64,000 bases of DNA from Alphaproteobacteria bacterium. GTDB lineage: Bacteria > Pseudomonadota > Alphaproteobacteria > UBA6615. Below are positions 41,488 through 51,313 of the stretch, in pieces. Numbering within the stretch: the stretch's first letter is position 1; every line of letters starts with the position of its first letter. The notes beneath the pieces were generated by a model. It ran no database searches. It saw nothing but the letters and a program-made list of their open reading frames with translations, and had not been told where the DNA came from. The translations under genes were made by a program, and so were the position numbers. The stretch spans positions 138,344 through 202,343 of the forward strand of contig JBMYRB010000001.1 of the NCBI GenBank assembly GCA_049601915.1, read 5' to 3'.

Positions 41488-44328
41488 CTACTCGGCGGCC
41501 TCCTGTTGACCGTCGACCGCCGCGGCGCAGCGTCCGCAGACATCCGGATGGGCATGCTCACCTACATCTGTGAGCACCTGCCAGCAACGTGCGCATTTCT
41601 GGCCATCGGCGAGCCCGGGCTCGACGCCGATTGTCTCCACCTCCGGCAACTTGAATGCGGATGCCGGCGCCTCACTCTCGACCAGCGTGCCACCGGACGT
41701 GATGAAAATTTCCGCCAGGTCAAGGCCCGCCATCGCGCCGACGGTTTCGCCGTCGGCATAGACAGTCGGGGCGGCTTGCAGACTGGAACCGATGCGCTTC
41801 TCGGCCCGCTCGATCTCTAGTGCCCCGGTTACGACGCGCCGCAGGGTCCGGATTTTCTCCCACTTCGCCGCCAGCGCATCGTCGCGCCAGTAATCCGGTG
41901 CTTCCGGGAAGGTCCGCAAGTGGACGGATTCGGCATCGGCCTCGCTCCGTCGCGACAACCAGGCCTCTTCCGCCGTAAAGCACAGGATCGGCGCCAGCCA
42001 GGCGGTCAGATGCGAGAACAGGGCGTCCAGCACCGTGCGCGCCGCCCGGCGGCGAAGGCTGTCACGGGCGTCGCAATAGAGCGCGTCCTTGCGAATATCG
42101 AAATAGAAGGCCGAAAGCTCAACCGCACAGAAATTGTGAAGCGCCGTCCACTGGGTGTGGAATTCGAAATCATCCGTCGTCTGCCGCACCAGCGCGTCCA
42201 CCTCATGGATCCGGTGCAGGACCCAGCGCTCGATTTCGGGCATTTCTGCGACCGGCACGCGTTCGCTCTCGTCGAAACCGTCGAGATTGCCCAACAGGAA
42301 ACGCAACGTGTTGCGAATTCGCCGATAGAGGTCGGCCTGATGCTTGAGGATTTCCGGGCCCAGCCGCAGATCCTCGGAATAGTCGGAACTGACCACCCAG
42401 ATGCGCAGGATGTCCGCGCCCAGACTATCGACCGTGTCCTGGGGTGAGACGTCGGTGCCTCGTGACTTCGACATCTTGCGGCCATCCTCGGCCATGACGA
42501 ACCCATGGGTCAGGACGGCGTCATAGGGGGCCCGACCGCGGGTGCCGCAGGATTCCAGCAACGACGAATGGAACCAGCCACGATGCTGATCGGACCCTTC
42601 GAGATACAACGACGCGGGCCATTCGAGGTCATCGCGATCTTCGAGCACGAAAGCATGGGTCGAGCCCGAATCGAACCAGACATCGACGATATCGCGGACC
42701 TGCTCATATTCTTCGGCATCATATTCATTGCCGAGGAACCGCGACGGGTCGCTGGCAAACCAAGCATCCCCGCCCTCGGCCTCGAACGCCACGGCAATAC
42801 GATCGAACACCGCCTGGTCACGCAGCAACTCGCCGCTTTGCTTGTGGACGAACACCGGAATCGGCACGCCCCAGGCGCGCTGGCGCGAAATGCACCAGTC
42901 GGGCCGCGATTCGATCATCGAACGCAGACGGGTCTGTCCGGCCGCGGGGACGAACCGGGTCTCGGCGATCGCCGTCAGCGCCTTGTCACGCAGATCATTC
43001 GTCTCCATGGAAATGAACCATTGGGACGTGTTGCGGAAGATCAGCGGCGCCTTCGAGCGCCATGAATGGGGATATGAATGTTCCAGCCGGCGCCGGCCGA
43101 GCAACGCATTCTCGCCTTCGAGTACGCTCATCACCGCGCCGTTGGCTTCGCCTTCCTCGCCGTCGGAGGTCAGGACGGCCATGCCCGCGAACAACGGGAC
43201 ATGGGCAAAATAGCAGCCGGCCTCATCAACCATGTCGGGCACGGCCAGACCATGGGCACGGCCCAGATGGAAATCGTCCTCGCCATGGCTCGGCGCAATA
43301 TGTACGAAGCCCGTGCCCTGCTCGGTCGTGACGAAATCAGCCTCATAGACCGGGACTTCATGATCGAAGCCCTTCTGGTGCAGCGGATGAGCACACACGC
43401 TTCCCACGACCGCACTACCTTCGATGCGGGCAACTTCCTCGGATGTCTCGATGCCCATTTCCTGGCACGCGCTCTCTCGTAAGGCCTCCGCCATGACCAG
43501 CTCGTCACCAACCTGAACGCGGCTCTTCTCGCTGACCGCCGTAACCCGCACGCGCAGATATTCCAGATCGGCACCGACCGCGATCGCCCGGTTGCCCGGG
43601 ATGGTCCAGGGGGTCGTGGTCCAGATCACGATCGCCGCACCATCAAGCGCGGGGTCCGCGGGTGCGGTGACCGGGAATCGCACATAGATCGAGGGCGAGG
43701 TGTGATTCTCATATTCGACTTCGGCATCAGCGAGCGCTGTCTTCTCGACTACCGACCAAAGCACCGGGCGTGCACCTCGGTAGAGGCCGCCATTCATGGC
43801 GAACTTCGAAATCTCGCGGGCGATCTGGGCCTCGGCCGCAAACGCCATGGTCGTGTAGGGCTGGTCCCAGTTGCCGATGACGCCGAGGCGCTGGAACTCA
43901 TCCGACTGAATGCCAACCCAGTTCTCGGCAAACTCGCGGCATTCGTTTCGGAATTCCAGGATCGGCACGTCGTCCTTGTTCCGGCCGTCGGTGCGATACT
44001 TCTCCTCGATCTTCCACTCGATGGGCAGGCCGTGGCAGTCCCAGCCGGGCACATAGTTGGAATCCTTGCCCATCATCTGCTGGGACCGGCTGATAACGTC
44101 TTTGAGAATCTTGTTCAGCGCGTGCCCGATATGCAGATGCCCATTTGCATAAGGCGGGCCGTCATGCAGCACGAACGGCGGGCGCCCTGCCGAGTCGGCA
44201 CGCTGGCGTGCGAACAGATCGAGCTCAGCCCAGCGGGCGAGCAGCTCGGGTTCCTTCTTCGGCAACCCGGCGCGCATCGGAAATTCGGTCTTCGGAAGGA
44301 AGACGGTATCCTTGTAATCAATGGTCAT
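41488..44328 (-). CDS. ileS: isoleucine--tRNA ligase
   Basis: PYANGHLHIGHA (HIGH) and KMSKS motifs, plus a C-terminal zinc-finger Cys pair. 946 aa. Confidence 0.97.
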   Translation of the reverse strand: MTIDYKDTVFLPKTEFPMRAGLPKKEPELLARWAELDLFARQRADSAGRPPFVLHDGPPYANGHLHIGHALNKILKDVISRSQQMMGKDSNYVPGWDCHGLPIEWKIEEKYRTDGRNKDDVPILEFRNECREFAENWVGIQSDEFQRLGVIGNWDQPYTTMAFAAEAQIAREISKFAMNGGLYRGARPVLWSVVEKTALADAEVEYENHTSPSIYVRFPVTAPADPALDGAAIVIWTTTPWTIPGNRAIAVGADLEYLRVRVTAVSEKSRVQVGDELVMAEALRESACQEMGIETSEEVARIEGSAVVGSVCAHPLHQKGFDHEVPVYEADFVTTEQGTGFVHIAPSHGEDDFHLGRAHGLAVPDMVDEAGCYFAHVPLFAGMAVLTSDGEEGEANGAVMSVLEGENALLGRRRLEHSYPHSWRSKAPLIFRNTSQWFISMETNDLRDKALTAIAETRFVPAAGQTRLRSMIESRPDWCISRQRAWGVPIPVFVHKQSGELLRDQAVFDRIAVAFEAEGGDAWFASDPSRFLGNEYDAEEYEQVRDIVDVWFDSGSTHAFVLEDRDDLEWPASLYLEGSDQHRGWFHSSLLESCGTRGRAPYDAVLTHGFVMAEDGRKMSKSRGTDVSPQDTVDSLGADILRIWVVSSDYSEDLRLGPEILKHQADLYRRIRNTLRFLLGNLDGFDESERVPVAEMPEIERWVLHRIHEVDALVRQTTDDFEFHTQWTALHNFCAVELSAFYFDIRKDALYCDARDSLRRRAARTVLDALFSHLTAWLAPILCFTAEEAWLSRRSEADAESVHLRTFPEAPDYWRDDALAAKWEKIRTLRRVVTGALEIERAEKRIGSSLQAAPTVYADGETVGAMAGLDLAEIFITSGGTLVESEAPASAFKLPEVETIGVEPGLADGQKCARCWQVLTDVGEHAHPDVCGRCAAAVDGQQEAAE

Positions 44329-44401
44329 ATTCTATTCCCAGGCGGCCGGGCAGCTTATAGAGCCGCCTGCACTTGACGGCAACAGCCGGACATCCGGTGT
44401 T

Positions 44402-45379
44402 TTACATATCCTCGCCGATAAAATCACCCGCGCCGAGCGCGCGGGCCTGCAACAACTCACGTGCCTGGCGTGAATCTTCGGCGATTTGCGCTTTCAACGC
44501 ATCGATTCCATCGAATTTCTGCTCCGGCCGGAGGTAGTCGACGAAGGCCACGCGCAGATACCGTCCGTAGATATCTTCGTCGAAATCGAACAGATGCGCT
44601 TCGAGGACCAGCGTCTCCCCATCGACGGTCGGCCGCACGCCGATATTCGCAACGCCGTCATACCAGCGGATGGTCTCGCCATCCCGCACGCCGCCGCGAA
44701 TCGAATAGACGCCGCGCGCCGGGCGGATGGCTTCACCGAGATCGACATTGGCGGTCGGAAACCCAATCGTCCGGCCGAGCTGGCGGCCTGTCCCGACCCG
44801 GCCTTCGACTTCCCAGAGATGCCCCAACAACGCGGCGGCCCGTTGGGGCTGGCCATTGGTCAGATATTTTCGGATCAGCGTGGATGAATAGACTTCGTTC
44901 ACCTCGTCACGTGCCGGCTCGACGCAGGTGACTTCGAAGCCGAGTTCCTTGCCCCGCGCCGCAAGCAAATCGAAGTCACCATCCCGGCCCAACCCGAATT
45001 TGAAGTTGTAGCCGACGACAACATGCGCGGGTGCTATGCCCTGGTACAGAAGTTCGGAGAGAAAGTTCTCAGCGGTCCGTTGAGACAACGCCTTGTTGAA
45101 GCGCAGCGCGAACAGCAGCTCGACCCCCAGCGCCTGAAATTCACGGACCTTGATTCGGAACGGTGTCAGCCGAAACGGTGCGTCAACACGGGCAAAAAAA
45201 GCGCGCGGGTGCGGTTCGAATGTCAGGACGCCGAACTGGCGAGACTGCGTGCGTGCAATATCCCGCGCGGTCGCGATTACCTGCTGGTGGCCACGGTGCA
45301 ACCCGTCAAAATTTCCGATGGCGACGACCGCCCCCTTGGCGGAGTCGGGAAGGTCGCCCACTTGTCTGTAAATTCGCAT
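44402..45379 (-). CDS. ribF: bifunctional riboflavin kinase / FMN adenylyltransferase
   Basis: IGNFDGLHRGHQ. Start at MRIYRQVGDL. Confidence 0.93.
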   Translation of the reverse strand: MRIYRQVGDLPDSAKGAVVAIGNFDGLHRGHQQVIATARDIARTQSRQFGVLTFEPHPRAFFARVDAPFRLTPFRIKVREFQALGVELLFALRFNKALSQRTAENFLSELLYQGIAPAHVVVGYNFKFGLGRDGDFDLLAARGKELGFEVTCVEPARDEVNEVYSSTLIRKYLTNGQPQRAAALLGHLWEVEGRVGTGRQLGRTIGFPTANVDLGEAIRPARGVYSIRGGVRDGETIRWYDGVANIGVRPTVDGETLVLEAHLFDFDEDIYGRYLRVAFVDYLRPEQKFDGIDALKAQIAEDSRQARELLQARALGAGDFIGEDM

Positions 45380-45470
45380 GCGCGGGATGTACGCGCCGAC
45401 CGGTCGTCGATCAAGCCTGACCGTTCGCCTCGACAACGCGTGGAAGTTCCGCCACGTGGCCCAGAAGGGC

Positions 45471-45971
45471 TCAGGCGCCGTTCTTGGCCCGGCGCGGCAC
45501 CAGCACTTCCGCCTCGCCGGAGATCACGACAGTGCTGCCAACCGTGCAGACGGTTTCCAGCGCGACCCGGGATTTCTCCGGATTCGTGCCGACGACGGTG
45601 GCGCGCGCAGTCACCGTGTCTCCGGGGCGGACCGGCGCCTTGAACTTGAGAGACTGACTGATATAGACGCAGCCCGGGCCCGGCAGCCGCGTTCCGACGA
45701 CCGTGGAAATGAAGCTCGAACACAGCATGCCGTGGGCGATCGTACCCTCGAACATCGTCCGTTCCGCATATTCCTCATTGAGGTGCATCGGATTGGTGTC
45801 GCCTGAGATGCCGGCAAACATGACCAGATCGGCAGGACCGATCGTTCGCGCATATGCCGCGGTCATTCCCGGTTCAAGGTCTTCGAAAAAGTACCCGCTC
45901 AGTTCTTCGATCGGATCGGCGGCAACGGGCGCCTGGGACTTTGCGACCGACGCAATAACATCAACCGACAT
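45471..45971 (-). CDS. MaoC-family (hot-dog) dehydratase
   Basis: About 166 aa with GDTNPMHLNEEYA, typical of MaoC dehydratase domains. Confidence 0.85.
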   Translation of the reverse strand: MSVDVIASVAKSQAPVAADPIEELSGYFFEDLEPGMTAAYARTIGPADLVMFAGISGDTNPMHLNEEYAERTMFEGTIAHGMLCSSFISTVVGTRLPGPGCVYISQSLKFKAPVRPGDTVTARATVVGTNPEKSRVALETVCTVGSTVVISGEAEVLVPRRAKNGA

Positions 45972-46070
45972 ATGGAAAACCTCTGGACTAATTTGTGCGA
46001 TGCAAAACATGGTGCACCGCACTATTGCGAAACGCAAGGCTTCCCGACCAAAAGTTTAACTATTTGTTAT

Positions 46071-46082
46071 TATTATATAATA
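46071..46082. promoter_or_regulatory. perfect 12-nt palindrome TATTATATAATA inside an AT-rich island (candidate promoter/operator for the maoC-ribF-ileS string)
   Basis: About 60 bp of very low GC at roughly 46050-46110 in an otherwise GC-rich window. TATAAT is present on both strands, about 100 bp upstream of the maoC start. Confidence 0.3.
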
Positions 46083-46165
46083 TTAGTGTTCTCGGAGGAT
46101 CATTGCTACTCAAAGAAATGCTTCGCCGCAATAGAAACCTTGTGCTCCGCAACAAGAACCCCGTC

Positions 46166-47590
46166 TCACGCGTCTCCGGCCCGGGGATCGATCGGCACCT
46201 GGCCACGCAGTCCGAAGACTTCCTCGGCCGCAGCGGCCATCGAAAGCAACGATGCCTCGCTACGTGGCGGGGCAACAAGCTGCAAACCGACAGGCAGCCC
46301 GCTCGAGGTCAACCCACAAGGCACTGAGATCGCCGGACAACCGGTCAGCGTGATGGCCGCAACGATGTAGAGCCAATCGACATAGTTGTCGAAGCTATGA
46401 TCGCCGACACTTTCCACATAGCGGATGTCCACATCGAAAGGCGGCACGATGGCGACGGGACATGCCAATACATCATGATTTTCGAACCAAAGCGCGGCCC
46501 GCTCGCTCAGCCGGGCGCGTTCATTCAGCGCGCGGCCGATCTCGCCCGCGGTTAGCTTCATGCCTTTCTCGATGTTCCAGATCATCTCCGGCTTGAGCTT
46601 GTCGCGGTGATTTTCGAGCATTGGCGCCCGGCCGGTCACGAACAACGCCGCGCGCAGTACCTGAAAGGTGTCCATCGCGCCGGTGAAATCCGGGCAGGAT
46701 TCTTCGACCGCCGCGCCCGCATCCGCGAGTTTTTCTGCCGCGGCACGGCAGATATCGGCCACTTCCTTGTCCACCGGACCGATGCCGAGATCGGGCGAGA
46801 AACCGATTCGTTTCGGCAGAACCGGGTTCAGCGCCGCGGACTCAAACGACGCCTCCGGCGTCGGCAGGGCCATCGGAAAATAGGGGTCGAGCCCGGTTTC
46901 CGCGTCGAGCATCAACGCCATATCGGCCACATTTCGCCCCATGGGACCGTTGACGGACAATGTCTGAAACGGGTCGCTTCCCGGACCGCTCGCCACACGG
47001 CCGGGCGTGGGTCGCATGCCGACGACCGAACAAAAGCTTGCCGGCGTGCGCAAGGAACCGCCCAGATCCGAACCGGTCGCGAGCCACGTCATCCCGGTCG
47101 CGAGCGCCACGGCCGCACCACCCGACGATCCGCCGCAGGTCATATCCGTGTTCCATGGATTGCGGGTCTTGCCGAACACTTCGTTGAAGGTGTTTGCCCC
47201 GGCACCGAATTCCGGCGTGTTGGACTTGCCCATGACGATCGCGCCGTTGCGCTTCAGCCGGGCGACCATCAGATCATCCCTGTCGGGCACATAATCGGCA
47301 AAAATGGGCGAGCCGTAGGTAGTTCGGACCCCGGCAACATCGCTCAGATCCTTGACCAGGATCGGCAAACCAGCCAGCCAGCCCGGCCCGGGATCCGCGG
47401 GCATTTCCACCTTTTCCGCCGCTTCGCGCGCCATATCCAGGCACAGCGTGGGCACCGCATTGACCGCGGGATCGACGGACGCGATCCTGTCCGCAGCGGC
47501 ATCAACCAGTTCACGCGGTGATACCTCACCACGCCGCAACAATCTCACCGCATCACGTGCGCTCAGCGATATCAGGTCCGAAGATGTCAT
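46166..47590 (-). CDS. amidase-signature family amidase
   Basis: 474 aa with CGGSSGGAAVA and the Ser-cisSer-Lys region. Confidence 0.88.
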   Translation of the reverse strand: MTSSDLISLSARDAVRLLRRGEVSPRELVDAAADRIASVDPAVNAVPTLCLDMAREAAEKVEMPADPGPGWLAGLPILVKDLSDVAGVRTTYGSPIFADYVPDRDDLMVARLKRNGAIVMGKSNTPEFGAGANTFNEVFGKTRNPWNTDMTCGGSSGGAAVALATGMTWLATGSDLGGSLRTPASFCSVVGMRPTPGRVASGPGSDPFQTLSVNGPMGRNVADMALMLDAETGLDPYFPMALPTPEASFESAALNPVLPKRIGFSPDLGIGPVDKEVADICRAAAEKLADAGAAVEESCPDFTGAMDTFQVLRAALFVTGRAPMLENHRDKLKPEMIWNIEKGMKLTAGEIGRALNERARLSERAALWFENHDVLACPVAIVPPFDVDIRYVESVGDHSFDNYVDWLYIVAAITLTGCPAISVPCGLTSSGLPVGLQLVAPPRSEASLLSMAAAAEEVFGLRGQVPIDPRAGDA

Positions 47591-47672
47591 TCACCACTCC
47601 TAAAACATTTACCGGCGCATACTAGCAAAGGCTTGCGGACAATGGGCCCGAACCATTCAACGGACAGGAACA

Positions 47673-47891
47673 ATGGCTGTTCGCTTGCCGAAGATTCCCA
47701 AGGTGCGTGTCCATGCCGACCTGACGCTGCAGAGCGATGCCGGGATGAGTGGGCAAGTATTCGTCGAAGCAACGTCCCGCATTCAGGATCTCCTGAACGC
47801 GCCGGAGCCGTTTTTCCCGTTCGTCGACGCGTCGGGCAACGTTTACCTGATCAACAAGAACGCCGTCGTACAGATCACCCCGCACGACTAG
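47673..47891 (+). CDS. hypothetical 72-aa protein
   Basis: Compact ORF with coding-like composition. No family recognised. Confidence 0.5.
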   Translation: MAVRLPKIPKVRVHADLTLQSDAGMSGQVFVEATSRIQDLLNAPEPFFPFVDASGNVYLINKNAVVQITPHD

Positions 47892-47916
47892 TTCGCACGT
47901 AGAACTCGATCCGAGA

Positions 47917-48229
47917 ATGCTGACCGACGAGATTGTCCGCAGCAATCCTATAAAGGCCGCCGATTGGCTGGCCGAAGCCGCGCGCGCCGGCCACGCAATT
48001 CGACCCCGCGGCACAACTTCGCCTAGCTCGGGCTCATTCGAAGGGTGCGGGTACCGAGGAAGACCCCCTCATGGCCTATATCTGGGCATCCCTGTCGGCC
48101 CTGCACGGCAACGAGGCTGCGCTCGAGTTGCGCAAGCGCGTTGCCTCCCGACTGACGCCCGAGGAAATCGAGGAGGCCGATCGCCTCGTCGAGGCACGCT
48201 TCCAGGCCGATGCGGCAGGCAACAGCTAG
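47917..48229 (+). pseudogene. small Sel1-repeat protein, apparently frameshifted near 47998
   Basis: Frame 1 gives MLTDEIVRSNPIKAADWLAEAARAGHA. Frame 2 continues FDPAAQLRLARAHSKGAGTEEDPLMAYIWASLSALHGNEAALELRKRVASRLTPEEIEEADRLVEARF...TAG at 48227-48229. Both parts fit the Sel1 consensus. Confidence 0.5.
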
Positions 48230-48291
48230 CGCCGGGCGAATGGACTTGCCCCTTCTCCGCGCCCGCGATCTGCGGTAGCTTCCGCGCCGTT

Positions 48292-49353
48292 TTGAGCAGC
48301 ATTCATCAAATCGCCAATCTCGCCTTGCGGCCACTCCCGACGGAGACCGCTCACGGCCTCGCGCTGCGCGGCCTGTCCGCCGGTCTAGGTCCGCGCGAAC
48401 GCGCCGACGACCTACCCGCCCTCGACCAGACACTCTTCGGCCTGCGCTTCGCCAACCCCGTGGGCGTCTCGGCGGGCTTCGACAAGAACGCCGTCGCCAT
48501 CGCCGGCGTCGCGCGTCTTGGCGGCGGCTTCATCGAGGTCGGCGGCGTCACGCCACGACCCCAGGCCGGCAACCCGCGGCCACGGTTGTTTCGCCTGACG
48601 CCGGACCGGGCGGCGATCAACCGCATGGGCTTCAACAACGACGGTGCAGAGGCTGTCCTGCAGCGTCTCCTGCGCCGCAGAAACAATACCGACCGCCCGA
48701 TCGGGGTCAACATGGCGGCCAACGCCACGAGCGACGACCCGGCGCAGGATTTCGTGGATCTGGTGACGCTCTTCTCCCCGGTCGTCGACTATCTGACGAT
48801 CGACGTTTCCTGCCCGAACACCGAAAACGGCCAGGTCTTCCTCGAGTCGCGCGCACTGGAAGACCTCCTCTCACGACTGAACACCGCGCGCGATGACACC
48901 GGCGCGCGCCCAGCCATGGTGGCGAAACTCGCCCCGGATCTTGAGGCCGCACATCTGAGCGAACTGATCGAGATCATCACGGCCGCGCATATCGACGCGA
49001 TTACCCTGTGCAACACGACAACCGCGCGGCCGACTTCGCTGAAAAGCTCCCACGCGAGCGAACGCGGCGGCCTGTCCGGCAGACCCCTGTTCGAGATGTC
49101 CAACGAAATGTTGCGCACGGTCTACCGCCAGACCGGCGGGGCGGTTCCCCTCATCGGTGTCGGCGGCATCATGAACGGCGCGGACGCCTATACCAAGATT
49201 CGCGCGGGCGCGAGCCTGGTGCAACTCTACACCGGGATGGTTTATGGCGGGCCGGGCCTGATTCAAGCCATCAAACGCGATCTCGCTTCGTTCCTGGCGC
49301 GGGACGGCCATGCAAATCTTTCACAGGCCGTCGGCAGCGAACACCGCGCGTGA
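48292..49353 (+). CDS. pyrD: dihydroorotate dehydrogenase (quinone)
   Basis: PLPTETAHGLAL, GFIEVGGVTPRPQAGNPRPRLFRL and GVGGI motifs. The only sensible in-frame start is the TTG at 48292; the upstream part of the 478-aa track ORF is read-through. Confidence 0.88.
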   Translation: MSSIHQIANLALRPLPTETAHGLALRGLSAGLGPRERADDLPALDQTLFGLRFANPVGVSAGFDKNAVAIAGVARLGGGFIEVGGVTPRPQAGNPRPRLFRLTPDRAAINRMGFNNDGAEAVLQRLLRRRNNTDRPIGVNMAANATSDDPAQDFVDLVTLFSPVVDYLTIDVSCPNTENGQVFLESRALEDLLSRLNTARDDTGARPAMVAKLAPDLEAAHLSELIEIITAAHIDAITLCNTTTARPTSLKSSHASERGGLSGRPLFEMSNEMLRTVYRQTGGAVPLIGVGGIMNGADAYTKIRAGASLVQLYTGMVYGGPGLIQAIKRDLASFLARDGHANLSQAVGSEHRA

Positions 49354-49407
49354 CCATTAAGATGGGCGTCTCGCAAACTGTGTGCAGACACATCAGCAGG
49401 ACGCACG

Positions 49408-49851
49408 ATGCTTAAGAAACGTCGAGAAATTCTGATCATCGCGTTCATCGCGGCGGCGATTGTTCTCGCCGGCCGGTTCTTCGCCACCGAGACCACCGAA
49501 TCCGCAACCGTGGAATTTCCAAACGCGCCGTCCTCCACGATCAACCAGCGGGCGGAACCCGCAGAACGACACGGCGATGCGATTATCGTGTCCCTGAACG
49601 GCAGCACCCCCAGCAGCCCGGTTCGCGTGGGCAGCAACCAGTGCCTCCAATGGTGGGGCGAGCACCCGAAAGCCTACCAGGTCGAGGTCGCCGGGATCGA
49701 CGGCGATGACTGGCAGCCAAACGAGGTATTTCTGGCAAAGAAAAAGGCCGGTAACCCCGAGTATAATTTCCCGGCCTGGTATCGCTTCTTCGCCGTGGAC
49801 GATCGGCCCACGCAAATCTCCTATCAGGTGCTGCGCGGACTTTGCCAATAG
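49408..49851 (+). CDS. hypothetical exported or membrane-anchored protein (147 aa)
   Basis: N-terminal KKRRE plus a TM helix. No recognised family. Confidence 0.55.
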   Translation: MLKKRREILIIAFIAAAIVLAGRFFATETTESATVEFPNAPSSTINQRAEPAERHGDAIIVSLNGSTPSSPVRVGSNQCLQWWGEHPKAYQVEVAGIDGDDWQPNEVFLAKKKAGNPEYNFPAWYRFFAVDDRPTQISYQVLRGLCQ

Positions 49852-50058
49852 CTGCGGTCAAAGAGGCAGCAAACCCCGACTTTCAAGACCAAAACTTGTG
49901 CCGCGTTAAACGGCCTGTGAGCGGGGCTTCGCGTTGACTCACCCCGGGCGGTTACCTACAGTCCGCGCGAAATTTGGCCGGGGTATGTTCCGGGCTTTTT
50001 CTGACCCCATAACAACCGTCCGGCGCAATGAATTAAGGCGCGCGAGGAGGCAAGACTC

Positions 50059-51285
50059 ATGACTGATACACCCTGGAAAACAGACGACTGGTTCACCAGC
50101 CCCTGGAACTTCGCTCCCGAAGTGACCAAGGACTGGAAGTTTCCAGACAACATCCGCATCCACGACGTCACCCTGCGTGACGGCGAGCAGCAGGCAGGCC
50201 TTGCGTTCAACTTCGACGACAAGATCCGGATCGCCGAGGGTCTCGCGGAAGTCGGCGTCCAGCGCATCGAGGCCGGCATGCCGGTCGTCTCCAAGGACGA
50301 CGCCAAGGTCGTGCAGGAGCTCGCAAAGCGCGACTTCGGCCCGACCGTTTACGCATTTGCCCGCTGCATGGTCGAAGACGTGCAGCGCGCGGTCGATTCC
50401 GGCGTCGGCGGCGTCATCATGGAAGTCCCGGCCAGCCCCCATCTGATCCAGTATGGCTATCAGTGGGACCTGGAGCGGGCCATCGACCTGTCGATCGAAT
50501 CCACCAAGTTCGCCCATGACAACGGCCTCGAGGTCGTGTTCTTCCCGATCGATTTCACCCGCTCGGATCTGAAGTGGGTGATCGACCTGATCGACCGCGT
50601 CGGCAAGGAAGGCCATATGGACGGCCTGGCCCTCGTCGACACGATGGGCGCCACCTCGATCCACGCGATGCAGTATTTCGTGCGCTCGATGAAGGAACGC
50701 TTCCCGGATATCCCCATGGAAGCCCATTTCCACATGGATTACGGCATGGGCGTGGCGAACACGATCATGGCGCTTTCCGAGGGTGTGGAAGTCATCCAGT
50801 CCACCGTCCTGGGTGTCGGCGAGCGCGCCGGCAACGTGCCCATGGAAGAGACCGTGATGGCGCTGCGCACGCTCTATGACATCGACATCGGCATCAAGCT
50901 CGACAAGCTGAAGTGGCTCGCCGACCTGGTCCGCGACGTCACCGGCGTCATCGTCCCGTCGAACCGCCCCGTGGTCGGCGACGATCTGTTCAAGGTCGAG
51001 TCCGGCATCATCGCCACCTGGTTGCTGAACTGCGGTGACGAGTACCAGACCGAAGTCATGCCGTTCCGCCCCCGTATGGTCGGCCAGGACGAGCCGGTGA
51101 CGGTCATGGGCAAGGGTTCGGGTATCGACACAGTCAAGGAATGGCTGGAACGCAACCAGATCCGCGTCGAAGAGACCAAGGCCATGGAAATCCTGATGGC
51201 CGTCAAGGACTGGGCGCTGATCCACAAGCGCCTGATGACTGAAGACGAGTTCAAGGCCCTCGCCGAGAGCCTGCTCGACGACTAA
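50059..51285 (+). CDS. HMGL-like (pyruvate carboxyltransferase / LeuA-NifV family) TIM-barrel enzyme
   Basis: IRIHDVTLRDGEQQAG and HFHMDYGMGVAN metal-site motifs. Good GAGGAGG Shine-Dalgarno sequence. 408 aa. Confidence 0.8.
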   Translation: MTDTPWKTDDWFTSPWNFAPEVTKDWKFPDNIRIHDVTLRDGEQQAGLAFNFDDKIRIAEGLAEVGVQRIEAGMPVVSKDDAKVVQELAKRDFGPTVYAFARCMVEDVQRAVDSGVGGVIMEVPASPHLIQYGYQWDLERAIDLSIESTKFAHDNGLEVVFFPIDFTRSDLKWVIDLIDRVGKEGHMDGLALVDTMGATSIHAMQYFVRSMKERFPDIPMEAHFHMDYGMGVANTIMALSEGVEVIQSTVLGVGERAGNVPMEETVMALRTLYDIDIGIKLDKLKWLADLVRDVTGVIVPSNRPVVGDDLFKVESGIIATWLLNCGDEYQTEVMPFRPRMVGQDEPVTVMGKGSGIDTVKEWLERNQIRVEETKAMEILMAVKDWALIHKRLMTEDEFKALAESLLDD

Positions 51286-51313
51286 AGCCTGCGCTTTTCA
51301 AGTTAGGTAGCGG

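Noticed and set aside
44329-44401. Short hairpins (CAGGCGG...CCGCCTG and CCGG-ACAT-CCGG followed by TGTTTT) between ribF and ileS.
   Set aside because: The stems are 4-7 bp, and the T-run is on the wrong strand for the minus-strand genes. ribF-ileS-lspA is normally one operon. It is not convincing as a terminator or attenuator.
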